This document shows positions 34,501-36,911 of a DNA stretch of 36,911 bases, one piece after another. The position numbers and the translations under genes are program-made. Numbering within the stretch: the first letter of the stretch is position 1; each line of letters opens with the position of its first letter. The notes under the pieces were generated by a model that worked only from the letters and a program-made list of their open reading frames with translations, did not search any database and was not told where the DNA came from. The DNA comes from Candidatus Micrarchaeota archaeon (GTDB lineage Archaea; B1Sed10-29): positions 1 through 36,911 of the forward strand of contig CAYLXZ010000005.1 in the NCBI GenBank assembly GCA_964388265.1, given 5' to 3'.

Positions 34501-35415
34501 TTAGGATTCGATTTCTAGATCTAGTTTTTCTTTGAGTTCTCTGTATCTGTTTCTTATTGTGACTTCTGTGACTCCTGCGGATTCTGCGACTTCTTTCTGT
34601 GTTCTTCTTTCGTTGAGCTGGACTCCTGCTATGTATAGTGATGCTGCGGCTACTCCTGTTGGTCCTCTACCGGATATTAATCCTTCGTTGATTGCTTTGT
34701 CCAGTATATCTTTGGCTTCTTCTTGGACCTCTCCCCTTAAGTCGAGTTGAGATGCAAAGCGAGGTACGTATCTCTTTGGATTTGTAAGTGGTACGTCTAT
34801 ATCGAGTTCGTCTTTGAGGAATCTGTAGGTTCTTCCTATATCTGTTTTGTCCACTCCGCTTGTTTCGGCTAGTTCGTCCAGTGTTCTTGGTATCTGTCTT
34901 TTTCTGCATACTATGTATAGTGTTGCTACCAGTACTTCTTCGATTAATCTTCCTCTGATTAATCCTTTCTTAACGCATTTTCTGTAGAGTTTAGCTGTTT
35001 CCTCGGCCACTGAGTCAGGTAACTGTAATGCGGATTTAGTTCTTCTGAGTTCTCTTAAAGCTGTTTTGAGGTTTCTTTCCATTGATGTGGAGACGCTTAC
35101 TCTTTTATGCCAATCTCTAAGTCTCTTCATCTGGCTTTGATTATAACTGGACATCTTGTTTCCACGGCTGTCTCTGTTGAATTTATCTATCTGGGTGGAG
35201 AGTCCTCGGTTGGATTTCATGAATTTCAACGGGCTTCCGGTTCTTGCTTTTTTCTCCCTCTCCGTTGCGTCAAATGCTCTCCATTCCTGACCCTTGTCAA
35301 GCATTGATTCCTCGATAAGTTGACCGCAGTTTTCACATACAATTTCAGCTCGAGAAGGGTTATGGGAAAGTTTTTCTTCTCCACAGCTAGGGCATTCAGT
35401 TTCATCCAGCGGCAT
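34501..35415 (-). CDS. tfb: Transcription initiation factor IIB (TFB)
   Basis: Zn ribbon CPSC...CENCG, EWRAF, two cyclin repeats (GLIRGR, PRTLDE; GLISGR, VTEVTIRNRY). Confidence 0.97.
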   Translation of the reverse strand: MPLDETECPSCGEEKLSHNPSRAEIVCENCGQLIEESMLDKGQEWRAFDATEREKKARTGSPLKFMKSNRGLSTQIDKFNRDSRGNKMSSYNQSQMKRLRDWHKRVSVSTSMERNLKTALRELRRTKSALQLPDSVAEETAKLYRKCVKKGLIRGRLIEEVLVATLYIVCRKRQIPRTLDELAETSGVDKTDIGRTYRFLKDELDIDVPLTNPKRYVPRFASQLDLRGEVQEEAKDILDKAINEGLISGRGPTGVAAASLYIAGVQLNERRTQKEVAESAGVTEVTIRNRYRELKEKLDLEIES

Positions 35416-35626
35416 CTGGTCACCTGAAAACTTCTATGAAAGATTTAGAAGATACAGGTATTTAAAGGTTTCGAAAAATATATAAAGGAGTTTCTATATC
35501 TCGGAGTATTTCTCTAAATAGGTGGAATACTTGTTTCAAACACAGGTAGAAAACCAGTTTCTTCGACAGTTGCCGATAATAACCTTTATAAAGAAGATTG
35601 TTTTAATTGAACCTGAGGTGATGTAT

Positions 35627-35923
35627 ATGTTAGGACTTGCAGCAGGATTAGCAACAGGAATCGCACTACTACTAGCACTAGTGTTCGCGGAATACTCCAA
35701 CCTTCGAGAAAAATCCGAGAAAGCATTTACATGGATCGGAGCAGGAGCAGTATCCTTCATACTAGGAGGAGTGATCTTCACGCTGAACAAAGGCCTATGG
35801 AAAAAACTAGACGCAACAGCGATCGGAGAAAATGGCCTAATGTTATTCCAAGCAATTGGAGTAATCCTAGTGATAATAGGATCTGTCTGGGCACTATTCG
35901 ACCTAGTAACCCAGAACATGTAG
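35627..35923 (+). CDS. Hypothetical 3-TM membrane protein
   Basis: GAGGTGAT SD before ATG 35627; TTTATAAA at 35585; three hydrophobic segments. Confidence 0.75.
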   Translation: MLGLAAGLATGIALLLALVFAEYSNLREKSEKAFTWIGAGAVSFILGGVIFTLNKGLWKKLDATAIGENGLMLFQAIGVILVIIGSVWALFDLVTQNM

Positions 35924-36075
35924 AGCCATTAAAGAAAGAGACTACACAAAGCAAAACCATTTAATATCTAAAGCTTTCTTCTCTTCTTCTTTATCTTTCA
36001 AGAACATCTAGAATCATCTTTCCTTATACCATTACCTATTTCTACCTCAAGAGAAATTAATGACCTGGGATAAAC

Positions 36076-36911
36076 ATGCCAGCCAACCTACCTCCAGAGT
36101 ACTCCGACGCCAAACAGAAATACAAGGACGCAGATTCACTTGGAAATAAAATCAAATACACCCAAGAAATGATCTCCAAGTGCCCAAAACACAAAGGAGC
36201 CGAGAACCTACTTAAAAACCTAAAGAAGAGACTGAAGAAACTTAAAGAAAAGAAAAACAAACAGGAGAAAGTGCAGAAAGGCGGGTACTCAATAGGGATA
36301 GAGAAACAAGGGTTCCAAGTCTGCATAACCGGGTACCCGAACACAGGGAAATCTACTTTGCTCAAGAAACTGACGAACGCGGATCCAGAGATAGCGAAGT
36401 ACCCCTACACCACTAAGGAACCAGAAGTAGCGATGATGGACTACGAAGGAGCACAGATACAGCTAGTTGACCTACCACCCATAAAGGAAAATGCGGCGGA
36501 GAAACAAGGAGAAATAATGTCTATAATCAAGAACACCGATGGATTAATTCTAATGCTCGGGGAGGATCCAGAGGGAGAGAAAAAGGTGATAAAGAAAGAG
36601 CTGAAGAAGGTGAATGCGAAGAAACCCACGTTAACCGTGAACAAAGGACAGATACCTAGCAAGGAAAAGATATTCAATTTCTTCAACTTAATCAGAGTCT
36701 ACACAAAGGAACCAGGTGAAGACCCGGATAAAGAGAACCCACTAGTGTTAGAGAAAGGATCTACTGTGGAGGAAGCTGGAGAACAGATACACAAAGACTT
36801 CGCAAGAGACATGAAGTACGTGAGAGTATGGGGATCCAGCCAGTTCGATGGACAGAGAGTAGAAAAAGAACACGTACTAGAAGACGAAGACGTAGTCGAG
36901 TTCCACACAGA
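36076..36911 (+). CDS. DRG/OBG-family GTP-binding protein with TGS domain (runs off the window; absent from the ORF track)
   Basis: Hand translation: MPANLPPEY...PKHKGAE...GYPNTGKST (G1), YPYTT (G2), DLPP (G3), LIRVYTK...IHKDF...VWG...GQRV...LEDEDVVEFH (TGS). Confidence 0.92.
   Translation, partial: MPANLPPEYSDAKQKYKDADSLGNKIKYTQEMISKCPKHKGAENLLKNLKKRLKKLKEKKNKQEKVQKGGYSIGIEKQGFQVCITGYPNTGKSTLLKKLTNADPEIAKYPYTTKEPEVAMMDYEGAQIQLVDLPPIKENAAEKQGEIMSIIKNTDGLILMLGEDPEGEKKVIKKELKKVNAKKPTLTVNKGQIPSKEKIFNFFNLIRVYTKEPGEDPDKENPLVLEKGSTVEEAGEQIHKDFARDMKYVRVWGSSQFDGQRVEKEHVLEDEDVVEFHT

Noticed and set aside
508..36908. Many long antisense ORFs rich in Ser/Phe/Leu (e.g. 1615-2325, 11285-11884, 27554-28318, 29111-29722)
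   Set aside because: Shadow frames of real genes caused by the strong A/purine bias of coding strands; no SD or motifs.

Overview
Archaeal chromosomal fragment, most consistent with a small-genome (DPANN-like) archaeon, probably from a saline habitat. This rests on GGAGGTGA Shine-Dalgarno motifs, TATA promoters, SGC/QGC lipobox proteins, acidic core proteins and a cation-chloride cotransporter; the taxonomy is inference. The right third is conserved core: ftsZ-secE-spt5/nusG-rpl11-rpl1-rpl10-rpl12, thrC, tfb and a DRG-type GTPase running off the end. The left two thirds are accessory: HtrA, an S-layer-domain/ABC module, several DNA-repair genes (MPG, stand-alone LigD 3'-phosphoesterase, DenV-like glycosylase), a RelE/RHH toxin-antitoxin pair, lipoproteins, the AmmeMemoRadiSam S+B genes and many Lys/Glu-rich ORFans. 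RNA genes are tRNA-Thr(CGT), tRNA-Ser(CGA) and a truncated tRNA 5' end at the left edge. Highlights: (1) a NucS-type nuclease fused to an apparently catalytically dead, Fe-S-carrying HhH-GPD glycosylase domain, in a co-oriented run with a flavin reductase, two GNATs, a radical SAM enzyme and Memo; (2) an ORF-less IS200/IS605 remnant between ftsZ and secE that resembles a TnpB omegaRNA with its own TATA box, next to a 40-bp double-hairpin tandem array; (3) three genes whose SD geometry points to ATC/ATA/ATT start codons; (4) a one-gene islet at the tRNA-Thr 3' end; (5) two lipoproteins sharing a near-identical leader/signal-peptide cassette; (6) short apparent in-frame deletions in FtsZ and HtrA. 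All family calls come from motif recognition by eye; no searches were run.
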